DNA of 27,599 nt from Escherichia coli (GTDB lineage: Bacteria > Pseudomonadota > Gammaproteobacteria > Enterobacterales > Enterobacteriaceae): assembly GCF_003334405.1 (NCBI RefSeq), contig NZ_QOWM01000029.1. The stretch is one strand, 5' to 3'. The position numbers were made by a program, and so were the translations under genes. Every line of letters starts with the position of its first letter. The first letter of the stretch is position 1. The notes below the pieces were generated by a model that did not search any database, was not told the DNA's origin, and saw nothing but the letters and a program-made list of their open reading frames with translations. Positions 8,683-17,658 of this stretch are shown one piece after another.

Positions 8683-9075
8683 GTGGACGATGAACGGAAA
8701 AGGAAAAAATTCACACTTTATCTGCATCCGGAAAAAGCTGCAGACTTTCAAACTTTGGAAGCGATAGAGTCCGTTCCGCGTTCTGAGCGTGGTGAGCTGT
8801 TCCGGAATGCATTTATTTCTGGAATGGCGTTACACCAACTTGATCCTCGCCTGCCTGTATTGCTGACTGCCATTTTGAGCGAGGAGTTTTCAGCAGATCA
8901 GGTTGTAACCTTACTCAGTCAGACGACAGGATGGAAGCCTTCTCAGGCCGATATCAGAGCTGTGTTGACTGAACTCGGTGCTTTGCAATCTGCTGAAAAA
9001 ATGCCTCCTTCTGCTACTGATTCGGTGCAGGAGGCAATGAATGATGTGCGCCTTAAAATGCAAAAATTATTCTGA
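8683..9075 (+). CDS. parR: ParR (StbB) centromere-binding adaptor
   Basis: Small ORF directly downstream of parM. Probable GTG start at 8683 preceded by GAGGAG and overlapping the parM stop; product begins (M)DDERKRKKFTLYLHPEKA. Confidence 0.7.
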   Translation: MDDERKRKKFTLYLHPEKAADFQTLEAIESVPRSERGELFRNAFISGMALHQLDPRLPVLLTAILSEEFSADQVVTLLSQTTGWKPSQADIRAVLTELGALQSAEKMPPSATDSVQEAMNDVRLKMQKLF

Positions 9076-9079
9076 TATA

Positions 9080-9450
9080 TCAGAATGAAGCAATGGGGAT
9101 CTCAGTCCATTGTGTTGTATACGAAGGCGAGAGCATTTCCCGTTTCATTTGCCATTCAGGGGCGGTTCCTCGCCCCGCAAACCACACTTTCCCTTTTCCA
9201 GACTGGTTCAGTTCATCGAGTGTTTTCATTAACTTTTCGCTGTTTTTACGGGGCTGGATCTCATCAAATAATCCCGGCTGCGCTATACCCGATGGTGTGA
9301 AATCAGCCAGCATGACTCCTGCCTTCATATAGCGGTACCCTTCACGCCAGACATGGTTTAACGCTCTGCATGCTGCGGCAATAATGTCCCGGCTACCCAG
9401 GCCGTGCCGGCACGTTAACCGGGCTGCATCCGATGCAAGTGTGTCGCTGT
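9080..9450 (-). pseudogene. Y-family DNA polymerase (UmuC/ImpB/MucB-like) 3' fragment
   Basis: Minus-strand translation gives …ALNHVWREGYRYMKAGVMLADFTPSGIAQPGLFDE…WQMKREMLSPSYTT, matching the UmuC-family C-terminus (GYRYKKAGVML…MKREMLSPRYTT). No N-terminal catalytic region is present. Confidence 0.65.
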
Positions 9451-9592
9451 CGCCGGCCTCCTCACCCGGTCACGTTTCGTCGTTCCTCCTCCACGCGCTG
9501 CGGCTTCGGGGCCGCACCTGCATTCGTATGCGGTCGCCCGGTTACAGGTGCGGCACGGCCTGATGGAGGCCGCATGTGAGAGGAGAATTCCC

Positions 9593-10099
9593 ATGCCAAA
9601 CTGGTGCTCAAATCGTATGCATTTTTCTGGTGAACCAGCACAGATCGCTGAGATTAAACGACTGGCCAGCGGTGCAGTCACACCGCTTTATCGCCGCGCC
9701 ACAGATGAAGGTATTCAGCTGTTTCTGGCCGGTAGTGCCGGACTTCTGCAGACCACTGAAGATGTGCGGTTTGAACCATGCCCCGGACTGACGGCTGCCG
9801 GGCGTGGTGTTGTATCGCCGGAGAATATCGCGTTCACCCGCTGGCTGACACACCTGCAGAACGGTGTGCTACTGGATGAACAAAACTGCCTGATGCTGCA
9901 TGAACTCTGGCTGCAGAGTGGTACTGGCCAGCGTCGCTGGGAAGGATTACCGGATGAGGTCAGGGAAACCATCACCGTGCATTTCACCGCCAAAAGAGGT
10001 GACTGGTGTGGCTTCTGGAGTACCGGAGGGAACAAAAGGCAGGTCCCCGCAAAACGTCAAAACCGCGGCTCCCGAAACTCAACAGATGATGGGGGCTGA
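9593..10099 (+). CDS. Hypothetical protein, probably C-terminally truncated or fused
   Basis: ATG at 9593 preceded by GAGAGGAG. Product MPNWCSNRMHFSGEPAQIAEIKRL…; the last ~25 residues look like out-of-frame read-through, suggesting a junction near 10010-10030. Confidence 0.35.
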   Translation: MPNWCSNRMHFSGEPAQIAEIKRLASGAVTPLYRRATDEGIQLFLAGSAGLLQTTEDVRFEPCPGLTAAGRGVVSPENIAFTRWLTHLQNGVLLDEQNCLMLHELWLQSGTGQRRWEGLPDEVRETITVHFTAKRGDWCGFWSTGGNKRQVPAKRQNRGSRNSTDDGG

Positions 10100-10202
10100 A
10101 AACCAGAGAGAGGAGAAAGCAGGATGAGTACCCGTAATGAGGGAAAACAGGGACCATCACTGCCGTACATTCCGTCAGGAAGTTTTGCGAAAGCCATGCT
10201 GA

Positions 10203-10862
10203 TTGAAGGGGCGGATGTCGGTGATGGCCAGCCCCAACGGTAACCTGGATGAAGTGCATGAAGGTCTGCTGCTGCAGGCGGTCAGGGCCTCCTGGCTGGC
10301 TAAAAAGAACAGGGCGCGCATCGATGATGTGGTGGATTTCCTGAAAAACGCCCGTGATAACGACCAGTATGTCGAGTCACCGACCATCCGCAGCCGTCTG
10401 GATGAAATGATTGTCCTGCTGGATCAATATACCGCCGGCGGCACTTACGGCCGGTATTTTAACTCTGATGAGCCGTCCCTGCGGGATGATGCGAAAATGG
10501 TGGTGCTGGAGCTGGGCGGACTGGAAGACCGTCCGTCACTGCTGGTTGCGGTGATGTTCAGCCTCATTATTTACATCGAGAACAGGATGTACCGCACGCC
10601 GCGTAACCTCAAAAAACTGAACGTCATTGATGAGGGATGGCGTCTGCTGGACTTCAAAAATCACAAGGTCGGTGAGTTTATTGAGAAAGGTTACCGTACC
10701 GCCCGCCGTCATACCGGTGCCTATATCACCATCACACAGAACATCGTCGACTTTGACTCTGACAAGGCCTCCAGTGCTGCCCGCGCGGCATGGGGTAACT
10801 CCTCCTACAAAATTATCCTCAAACAGAGTGCGAAGGAGTTCGCGAAATACAACCAGCTGTAA
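10203..10862 (+). pseudogene. traC: Conjugative transfer ATPase TraC (VirB4 family) internal/C-terminal fragment
   Basis: Translation contains KLNVIDEGWRLLDF and flanking sequence resembling the VirB4/TraC ATPase region. Bounded by stops, with no N-terminal domains and no continuation. Confidence 0.5.
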
Positions 10863-11100
10863 CGGCGCAGAGTCACAGCCTGACCCTGCGGGATGCGCAG
10901 GGTGAAACGCAGGTGGTGCGTATTTCTTCTCTGGACAGCAGCTGGTTGCTGTTCCGGCCGGAGAAAATGCCGGTGGCAGACGGCGAGCGTCTGAGGGTGA
11001 CAGGGAAAATTCCCGGACTCCGCGTCTCCGGCGGTGACCGCCTGCAGGTGACATCCGTCAGTGAAGATGCGATGACGGTTGTTGTGCCGGGACGTGCTGA
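10863..11100 (+). pseudogene. traI: Relaxase/helicase TraI internal fragment (plus orientation)
   Basis: Plus-strand translation HSLTLRDAQGETQVVRISSLDSSWLLFRPEKMPVADGERLRVTGKIPGLRVSGGDRLQVTSVSEDAMTVVVPGRAE matches an internal F-type TraI segment, then loses similarity. Confidence 0.6.
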
Positions 11101-12128
11101 ATCCGGACACCATCCTGCATATTATCAGCCAGCAAGCTTTCTCCGTTACGGCTGCCCTGCAGGGCCACGAACTGCGCATCCCCGCTGCCCTTCACCCGTC
11201 CTTCACCACTGAATCCCCGCAGCCCGTTTCCGTCATCCGTGGTCAGTGGGTTCAGCCAGATACCGGCGGACTTGCCGTTACGGTCAAACGCCGGCAGTGC
11301 CACATACGGCTGCGGATATTTACGTCCCGGTGCAATAAACCGTGCCGGGCTGTCTCCCCCGGCCAGCCCTGCCTGACGGAGAACGGCACGGCCGGCCGCC
11401 ACGTCCCGCAGTTCCCGTGCCGTACTGAACAGCCGCTCTGCATTCATGACCTCCCGGTCAGCTTTTGGCTCCAGCACATCGTGGGCAGTCCCTTTCTGTA
11501 CGGCATTGTTAATGGCATCCGTCCAGCCCTGACGGTTATCGGTGTACACCTGCACATGCTGCTTCATACGCGACAGGGCCACGTAGGCTGACTCAAAGCC
11601 GGCCATCAGTTTCCGGTTACCTTCCGTGCCTTCAAGCGCAATGGCAAAGGTTTCACTTGCCCCCTGCGCACCGTGAGCGGTGATGGCATAGGCCAGGTCA
11701 ATATGTTGCTCTGCCTGCTCCTGGCCGGGGCGAATCTCCCGGGTCTGCTGTCCGTCCGACAGCGTGACACTGTCACCGGAAACTGCTGTCACCGTCCAGA
11801 CGCTGTTGGCAACATAACCGCGCTCCCGGTCACTCTTCGTGAAGCGCATCCGGTCACCGGTCCCCACCCTGATGGTGTCCGGGGTGTACAGTGTGACACC
11901 TTCAGCCACCGCCTCCCGGGGAGAAATCAGCCGCGTGTTACCTTCCGCATCCTGCAGGGTTATCAGCCCGTCATCCTTACTGATACCGGCAATCCGATGA
12001 TACACATTATCCACCAGGACAAGTGCGTCCCGATGTGTCTCCCAGGTGGAGAGACGACGCAGCTCCCCGTCACGTATATTCGCTGTGTTCAGGACAGGCA
12101 CCATGACCTGCTCTTTCCCCAGCTCTCG
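11100..12128 (-). pseudogene. traI: Relaxase/helicase TraI C-terminal-region fragment (inverted relative to the other traI piece and to finO)
   Basis: 357-aa minus-strand ORF ([29 protein letters not shown]…GSRNGESLLADNMQDGVRI) matches the F TraI C-terminal region and then diverges into non-homologous sequence before the stop. Confidence 0.8.
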
Positions 12129-12341
12129 CATAAAAAACTGCGCAGGGCGCTGAAGGCCATCACCCGTTCAGAAAGCTATCTGTGTGCCATGAAAGCCGGT
12201 GCCTGCCGGTATGACACGGAAGGGTATGTGACGGAGCATATTTCTCAGGAGGAGGAAGCGTATGCGGCAGAGCGTCTGGATAAAATCCGCCGCCAGAACC
12301 GGATAAAGGCAGAACTTCAGGCCGTGCTTGATGAGAAATAA
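12120..12341 (+). pseudogene. finO: finO 3' fragment (fertility inhibition RNA chaperone, C-terminal ~70 codons)
   Basis: Plus-strand translation [72 protein letters not shown] matches the FinO C-terminus. Upstream sequence in the same frame is the antisense of the traI fragment, so the 5' two-thirds of finO is missing. Confidence 0.8.
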
Positions 12342-12342
12342 A

Positions 12343-12375
12343 AAAAGCCTCCCTCAGGGAGGGGAGGCAGGGAAA
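12343..12375. terminator. GC-rich hairpin flanked by an A-run (putative terminator downstream of finO)
   Basis: AAAAAAAGCCTCCCTCAGGGAGGGG: inverted repeat CCTCCCT/AGGGAGG; on the minus strand the hairpin is followed by a T-run. Confidence 0.35.
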
Positions 12376-12471
12376 TAAGGCTTAAAAGGAAATAACTTCC
12401 GTACCCGAAAGAAAGCCAGTCCACTGAACTATTTATCACAATAATACTGACAACTAAAGGGGGGCAGAAAT

Positions 12472-12612
12472 ATGAATGGATTCAGAAACAGTTCACGGAA
12501 CGCTCAGGTCTGGCGCTGGCAGCGTGCCGGAAGCCGGGCCGTTATTCTGGAGGTCAGTGGACGCACGAAAAAAGCAGCCTTCATTACTCCAGGGATTCAG
12601 AAGGCTGAATAA
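12472..12612 (+). CDS. Small hypothetical protein (46 aa)
   Basis: ATG at 12472 preceded by a G-rich Shine-Dalgarno (AAAGGGGGG); product MNGFRNSSRNAQVWRWQRAGSRAVILEVSGRTKKAAFITPGIQKAE. Below the ORF-track size cut-off and with no recognised homology, so tentative. Confidence 0.25.
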   Translation: MNGFRNSSRNAQVWRWQRAGSRAVILEVSGRTKKAAFITPGIQKAE

Positions 12613-12811
12613 TGCATGAGATTTTCTTTTTTTAATATCCGGTCGGGCAGTATAACCGGACAGTTCTGAGTAGCACAGGTTTTTTTTTCGTGTTAAGTCG
12701 TGATTTTATATTTTGCGATTAATTTCACAAAATAAGGTGTTATTCATTGTGTGCTGCAATGTTCAGGATGCCTGAAATACAGGAGCCATTTTATCTGATA
12801 TGGAGAATAAC

Positions 12812-13273
12812 ATGAGGAAATATATTCCACTGGTATTATTTATCTTTTCATGGCCGGTATTGTCTGCAGATATTCATGGACGGGTTGTTCGTGTACTGGA
12901 CGGTGATACCATCGAGGTCATGGACTCACGGAAGGCGGTGCGGATCAGGCTGGTAAATATTGATGCACCGGAAAAGAAACAGGATTATGGCCGGTGGTCA
13001 ACAGACATGATGAAATCACTGGTCGCAGGAAAAACGGTTACCGTCACATATTTTCAGCGAGATCGTTATGGTCGTATTCTCGGGCAGGTTTATGCGCCAG
13101 ACGGAATGAATATTAATCAGTTTATGGTCCGGGCCGGGGCTGCCTGGGTATATGAGCAGTACAACACAGATCCCGTGCTGCCTGTCCTTCAGAACGAAGC
13201 CAGACAACAAAAACGTGGGCTCTGGTCAGATGCTGATCCGGTTCCCCCCTGGATATGGAGGTACCGTAAATAA
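12812..13273 (+). CDS. Secreted thermonuclease-family (staphylococcal nuclease-like) endonuclease
   Basis: Signal peptide (MRKYIPLVLFIFSWPVLSA) followed by SNase-fold motifs (VVRVLDGDTIEV, RIRLVNIDAPE, DRYGRILGQVY). Confidence 0.75.
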   Translation: MRKYIPLVLFIFSWPVLSADIHGRVVRVLDGDTIEVMDSRKAVRIRLVNIDAPEKKQDYGRWSTDMMKSLVAGKTVTVTYFQRDRYGRILGQVYAPDGMNINQFMVRAGAAWVYEQYNTDPVLPVLQNEARQQKRGLWSDADPVPPWIWRYRK

Positions 13274-13318
13274 AGCGATGGCAATCCTATCATTCATTTG
13301 TTCTTAGCGGGAATAAAA

Positions 13319-13528
13319 ATGGCAAAAACAAAACAGGAATGGCTGTATCAGTTACGGCGATGTTCATCAGTCAATACGCTGGAAAAAATTATTCATAAAA
13401 ACAGAGACAGTTTATCGAACAGTGAACGTGAATCATTTAATTCAGCAGCAGACCACCGGTTAGCAGAATTAATCACCGGAAAGTTATATGACAGGATACC
13501 AAAAGAAATATGGAAATATGTAAGGTAA
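13319..13528 (+). CDS. Hypothetical small protein (69 aa)
   Basis: ORF between the nuclease gene and the DUF2726-like gene; product MAKTKQEWLYQLRRCSSVNTLEKI…; weak SD. Confidence 0.35.
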   Translation: MAKTKQEWLYQLRRCSSVNTLEKIIHKNRDSLSNSERESFNSAADHRLAELITGKLYDRIPKEIWKYVR

Positions 13529-13566
13529 TAATTCAGCAATAATTAATTACCAGGAGCAGATAAACA

Positions 13567-14157
13567 ATGAAGCTGATTATTTTTATTCTTATTGTTCTGA
13601 TTATTGCAGCGTTACTTATCCGGATTATCCTCAGAAGTGTAAATCAGCATTCTCCTTTGCTGATGCAATTGCATGCGGCAGGTATACGGACCGGTGATGC
13701 AGAGCGAATACTGTCCAGCGGTGAATACTGGCAACGTCAGAAGACGCTGCTGACAGAAAGGGAGGTCAGTTTTATGAAAGGACTGTTCAGAATTGTGGAT
13801 ATGAAGCGGTGGTATCTGTGTCCGCAGGTACGGGTCGCGGATATCGTCCAGCTGAACGGGAATATCCGGCCACGATCACGCCAGTGGTGGCAGTTATTCA
13901 GGATGGTGTCTCAGTGGCATGTTGATGTGGTTATCGTTGAGCGGCGTTCGTTCAGTATTGTTGCAGCAGTAGAGCTGGATGATGCCAGCCATTTACGACC
14001 GGAACGCAGACGCCGGGATATTCTTCTGGAAGAGGTTCTGAGGCAGGCTGGTATTCCGTTGCTCAGAAGCCACGATGCCAGAAAACTGCTGCAGATGACC
14101 GGAGAATGGCTGAATACAACAGGGGCTGATCAGCAGTCACCGGAACATCGTAGCTGA
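13567..14157 (+). CDS. Membrane-anchored DUF2726-like protein
   Basis: 196-aa protein with a strongly hydrophobic N-terminal segment (MKLIIFILIVLIIAALLIRIIL) and a C-terminal region (WYLCPQVRVADIV…ELDDASH…RRRRDILLEEVLRQAGIPLLR) resembling the DUF2726 family as I recall it. Confidence 0.55.
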   Translation: MKLIIFILIVLIIAALLIRIILRSVNQHSPLLMQLHAAGIRTGDAERILSSGEYWQRQKTLLTEREVSFMKGLFRIVDMKRWYLCPQVRVADIVQLNGNIRPRSRQWWQLFRMVSQWHVDVVIVERRSFSIVAAVELDDASHLRPERRRRDILLEEVLRQAGIPLLRSHDARKLLQMTGEWLNTTGADQQSPEHRS

Positions 14158-14396
14158 CGCCTTCGCGTTGCTCAGTTGTCCAACCCCGGAAACGGGAAAA
14201 AGCAAGTTTTCCCCGCTCCCGGCGTTTCTATAACTGAAAACCATACTATTTCACAGTTTAAATCACATTAAACGACAGTAATCCCCGTTGATTTGTGCGC
14301 CAACACAGATCTTCGTCACAATTCTCAAGTCGCTGATTTCAAAAAACTGTAGTATCCTCTGCGAAACGATCCCTGTTTGAGTATTGAGGAGGCGAG

Positions 14397-14657
14397 ATGT
14401 CGCAGACAGAAAATGCAGTGACTTCCTCATTGAGTCAAAAGCGGTTTGTGCGCAGAGGTAAGCCTATGACTGACTCTGAGAAACAAATGGCCGCTGTTGC
14501 AAGAAAACGTCTTACACACAAAGAGATAAAAGTTTTTGTCAAAAATCCTCTGAAAGATCTCATGGTTGAGTACTGCGAGAGAGAGGGGATAACACAGGCT
14601 CAGTTCGTTGAGAAAATCATCAAAGATGAACTGCAGAGACTGGATATACTAAAGTAA
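14397..14657 (+). CDS. repA2: RepA2 / CopB transcriptional repressor of repA (RepFIIA replicon)
   Basis: 86-aa product [86 protein letters not shown] is near-identical to R100/R1 CopB as recalled. Confidence 0.9.
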
Positions 14658-14769
14658 AGACTTTACTTTGTGGCGTAGCATGCTAGATTACTGATCGTTT
14701 AAGGAATTTTATGGCTGGCCACGCCATAAGGTGGCAGGGAACTGGTTCTGATGTGGATTTACAGGAGCC

Positions 14770-14866
14770 AGAAAAGTGAAAACCCCGATAATCTTCTTTA
14801 ACTTTGGCGAGTGAGAAAGATTATCGGGGCTAACAAGAAACTGCATAGAAGCTGTTGCTCTATGCG
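14770..14866 (-). ncRNA. copA: CopA antisense RNA (copy-number control), complementary to the repA leader (CopT)
   Basis: Two stem-loops in the repA leader: a 14-bp stem CCCCGATAATCTTC…GAAGATTATCGGGG (14783-14829) followed on the minus strand by a U-run, and a second stem GCATAGA…CTCTATGC (about 14843-14866). Position between repA2 and repA1 matches IncFII CopA. Confidence 0.55.
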
Positions 14867-14880
14867 GGGAGTATAGTTAT

Positions 14881-14955
14881 ATGCCCGGAAAAGTTCAAGA
14901 CTTCTTTCTGTGCTCACTCCTTCTGTGCAACATAAGTGCAGGATGGTGTGACTGA
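14881..14955 (+). CDS. tap: repA leader peptide Tap (RepA6), translationally coupled to repA1
   Basis: 24-codon [27 protein letters not shown] whose TGA stop (14953-14955) overlaps the repA1 GTG start region. Confidence 0.55.
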   Translation: MPGKVQDFFLCSLLLCNISAGWCD

Positions 14956-15805
14956 TCTTCAACAAACGTATTACCGCCAGGTAAAGAACCCGAATCCGGT
15001 GTTCACTCCCCGTGAAGGTGCCGGAACGCTGAAGTTCTGCGAAAAACTGATGGAAAAGGCGGTGGGCTTCACCTCCCGTTTTGATTTCGCCATTCATGTG
15101 GCGCATGCCCGTTCCCGTGGTCTGCGTCGGCGCATGCCACCGGTGCTGCGTCGACGGGCTATTGATGCGCTGCTGCAGGGGCTGTGTTTCCACTATGACC
15201 CGCTGGCCAACCGCGTCCAGTGTTCCATCACCACACTGGCCATTGAGTGCGGACTGGCGACAGAGTCTGGTGCAGGAAAACTCTCCATCACCCGTGCCAC
15301 CCGGGCCCTGACGTTCCTGTCAGAGCTGGGACTGATTACCTACCAGACGGAATATGACCCGCTTATCGGGTGCTACATTCCGACCGACATCACGTTCACA
15401 CCGGCTCTGTTTGCTGCCCTTGATGTGTCTGAGGATGCAGTGGCAGCTGCGCGCCGCAGTCGTGTTGAATGGGAAAACAAACAGCGCAAAAAGCAGGGGC
15501 TGGATACCCTGGGTATGGATGAGCTGATAGCGAAAGCCTGGCGTTTTGTGCGTGAGCGTTTCCGCAGTTACCAGACAGAGCTTAAGTCCCGTGGAATAAA
15601 ACGTGCCCGTGCGCGTCGTGATGCGAACAGGGAACGTCAGGATATCGTCACCCTGGTGAAACGGCAGCTGACGCGCGAAATCGCGGAAGGGCGCTTCACT
15701 GCCAGTCGTGAGGCGGTAAAACGTGAAGTGGAGCGTCGTGTGAAAGAGCGCATGATTCTGTCACGTAACCGTAATTACAGCCGGCTGGCCACAGCTTCCC
15801 ACTGA
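14948..15805 (+). CDS. repA1: RepA1 replication initiator (IncFII / RepFIIA)
   Basis: Product (GTG start) [65 protein letters not shown]… matches R100/R1 RepA1 nearly residue for residue as recalled; 285 aa. Confidence 0.9.
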   Translation: MTDLQQTYYRQVKNPNPVFTPREGAGTLKFCEKLMEKAVGFTSRFDFAIHVAHARSRGLRRRMPPVLRRRAIDALLQGLCFHYDPLANRVQCSITTLAIECGLATESGAGKLSITRATRALTFLSELGLITYQTEYDPLIGCYIPTDITFTPALFAALDVSEDAVAAARRSRVEWENKQRKKQGLDTLGMDELIAKAWRFVRERFRSYQTELKSRGIKRARARRDANRERQDIVTLVKRQLTREIAEGRFTASREAVKREVERRVKERMILSRNRNYSRLATASH

Positions 15806-15949
15806 AAGTGACCTCCTCTGAATAATCCGGCCCGCGCCGGAGGCTTCCGCACGTCTGAAGCCCGACAGTGCACAAAAAAACAGCACCACATACAAAAAAC
15901 AATCTCATCATCCAGCTTCTGGTGCATCCGGCCCCCCTGTTTTTGATAC

Positions 15950-16150
15950 AAAACACGCCTCACAGACGGGTAATTTTGCTTATCCACATTTAACTGCAAG
16001 GGACTTCTCCACAAGGTTACAGTCGTTCATGTCATAAAGCGCCAGCCGTCAGCCTTACAGGGTGCAATGTATCTTTTAAACACCTGTTTATATCTCCTTT
16101 AAACTACCTAATTACATTCATTTAAAAAGAAAACCTATTCACTGCCTGTC
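15950..16150 (+). promoter_or_regulatory. oriR: RepFIIA origin region (oriR) with DnaA box
   Basis: Consensus DnaA box TTATCCACA at 15980-15988, about 175 bp downstream of the repA1 stop, followed by AT-rich sequence, as in R1/R100 oriR. Downstream GC-rich hairpin cluster (16320-16650) resembles the single-strand initiation region. Confidence 0.5.
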
Positions 16151-16905
16151 CTGTGGACAGACAGATATGCACCTCCCACCGCAAGCGGCGGGCCCCGACC
16201 GGAGCTAATTTAGTTACAACATTCAAACATAAACCCCGGAAAAACCCCGGTTCCGCGCAGAACTGAAACCACAAAGCCCCTCCCTCATAACTGAAAAGCG
16301 AGGCCGCCCCGCCCAAAGGGCGGGAACAACATCGCTTTTAATTATGAATGTTGTAACTAAGCAACATCATCGCTGTCAGTCCTCTGGCGGGAAGTTCTCA
16401 GTACACGCTCGTAAGCGGCCCTAACGGCCCGCTAACGCGGAGATACGCCCCGACTTCGGGTAAACCCTTGTCGGGACCACTCCGACCGCGCACAGAAGCG
16501 CTATCATGGCTGAAAGCGGGTATAGCTTAGCAGGGCGGGGATGGGATAGGTGAAATCTATCAATCAGTACCGGCTTACGCCGGGCTTCGGCGGTTTTACT
16601 CCGGTATCATATGCAACAACGGAGTGCCGCCTTACATGCCGCTAACGCGGCATCAAAAACCCTTTCTTCCCCAGTGATCTCTGTACTCAATGTGTATTTT
16701 CATTTATTGATGAAATTTGATATTTACGCAATTTTCCCGTTCTAGTGTATTTTATTCTTTCGGAGGCTATAATATGTTTAATGTGATTACTCACCCGCCG
16801 CACTGGATGAGCTGCTGGAATTACCAGACAATCTGCTTCGTGAAAACGATGAAGCATGGCTACATCAGTATCATGCCTAAACCGAATGTGGGTAATGACT
16901 CCAAC

Positions 16906-17409
16906 TTATTGATAGTGTTTTATGTTCAGATAATGCCCGATGACTTTGTTATGCAGCTCCACCGATTTTGAGAACGACAGCGACTTCCGTCCCAGCCGTG
17001 CCAGGTGCTGCCTCAGATTCAGGTTATGCCGCTCAATTCGCTGCGTATATCGCTTGCTGATTACGTGCAGCTTTCCCTTCAGGCGGGATTCATACAGCGG
17101 CCAGCCATCCGTCATCCATATCACCACGTCAAAGGGTGACAGCAGGCTCATAAGACGCCCCAGCGTCGCCATAGTGCGTTCACCGAATACGTGCGCAACA
17201 ACCGTCTTCCGGAGACTGTCATACGCGTAAAACAGCCAGCGCTGGCGCGATTTAGCCCCGACATAGCCCCACTGTTCGTCCATTTCCGCGCAGACGATGA
17301 CGTCACTGCCCGGCTGTATGCGCGAGGTTACCGACTGCGGCCTGAGTTTTTTAAGTGACGTAAAATCGTGTTGAGGCCAACGCCCATAATGCGGGCAGTT
17401 GCCCGGCAT
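16906..17409 (-). CDS. insB: IS1 transposase InsB (C-terminal part of the InsAB' frameshift fusion)
   Basis: 167-aa ORF with the IS1 InsB sequence (…[72 protein letters not shown]). Confidence 0.9.
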
Positions 17410-17603
17410 CCAACGCCATTCATGGCCATATCAATGATTTTCTGGTGCGTACCGGGTTGAGAAGCGGTGTAAGTGAACTGCAGTTGCCATGTTTTACGGC
17501 AGTGAGAGCAGAGATAGCGCTGATGTCCGGCGGTGCTTTTGCCGTTACGCACCACCCCGTCAGTAGCTGAACAGGAGGGACAGCTGATAGAAACAGAAGC
17601 CAC
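17328..17603 (-). CDS. insA: IS1 InsA (transposition inhibitor / N-terminal part of InsAB')
   Basis: 91-aa product [43 protein letters not shown]… matches IS1 InsA as recalled. Confidence 0.9.
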
Positions 17604-17658
17604 TGGAGCACCTCAAAAACACCATCATACACTAAATCAGTAAGTTGGCAGCATCACC

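Larger units (their letters stand above)
16891..17658 (-). mobile_element. IS1 insertion sequence (768 bp)
   Basis: Terminal inverted repeats GGTAATGACTCCAACTTATTG (16891-) and …TAAGTTGGCAGCATCACC (to 17658); insA and insB inside. Flanking 9-mers differ, so no target-site duplication. Confidence 0.9.

Noticed and set aside
9085-9853. Several 70-90 aa ORFs on both strands around the umuC fragment and the 9593 ORF (9085..9300, 9093..9332, 9415..9681, 9576..9791, 9608..9853)
   Set aside because: Overlap better-supported frames and contain no recognisable motifs; likely non-coding.
10536-11591. Minus and plus ORFs overlapping the traC/traI fragments (10536..11054, 10627..10905, 10805..11179, 11079..11591, 11252..11443)
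   Set aside because: Antisense or out-of-frame relative to clear TraC/TraI homology; products are Arg/Pro-rich as expected for GC-rich non-coding frames.
11673-12341. 222-aa plus-strand ORF 11673..12341 as a single gene
   Set aside because: Only the last ~70 codons (12120..12341) are FinO-like; the rest is the antisense of the traI fragment. Annotated as a finO 3' remnant instead.
14798-15311. ORFs 14798..15193 (minus) and 15081..15311 (plus) overlapping repA1
   Set aside because: Alternative frames within the well-supported repA1 gene; the genuine antisense product in this area is the CopA RNA, not a protein.
16717-16971. 84-aa ORF running into the IS1 end, and an alternative-frame peptide (…LDELLELPDNLLRENDEAWLHQYHA) just before IS1
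   Set aside because: The ORF crosses the IS1 terminal repeat so it cannot be a native gene as called. The alternative-frame peptide looks protein-like but has no start codon and is cut by IS1; possibly a gene remnant but unsupported.
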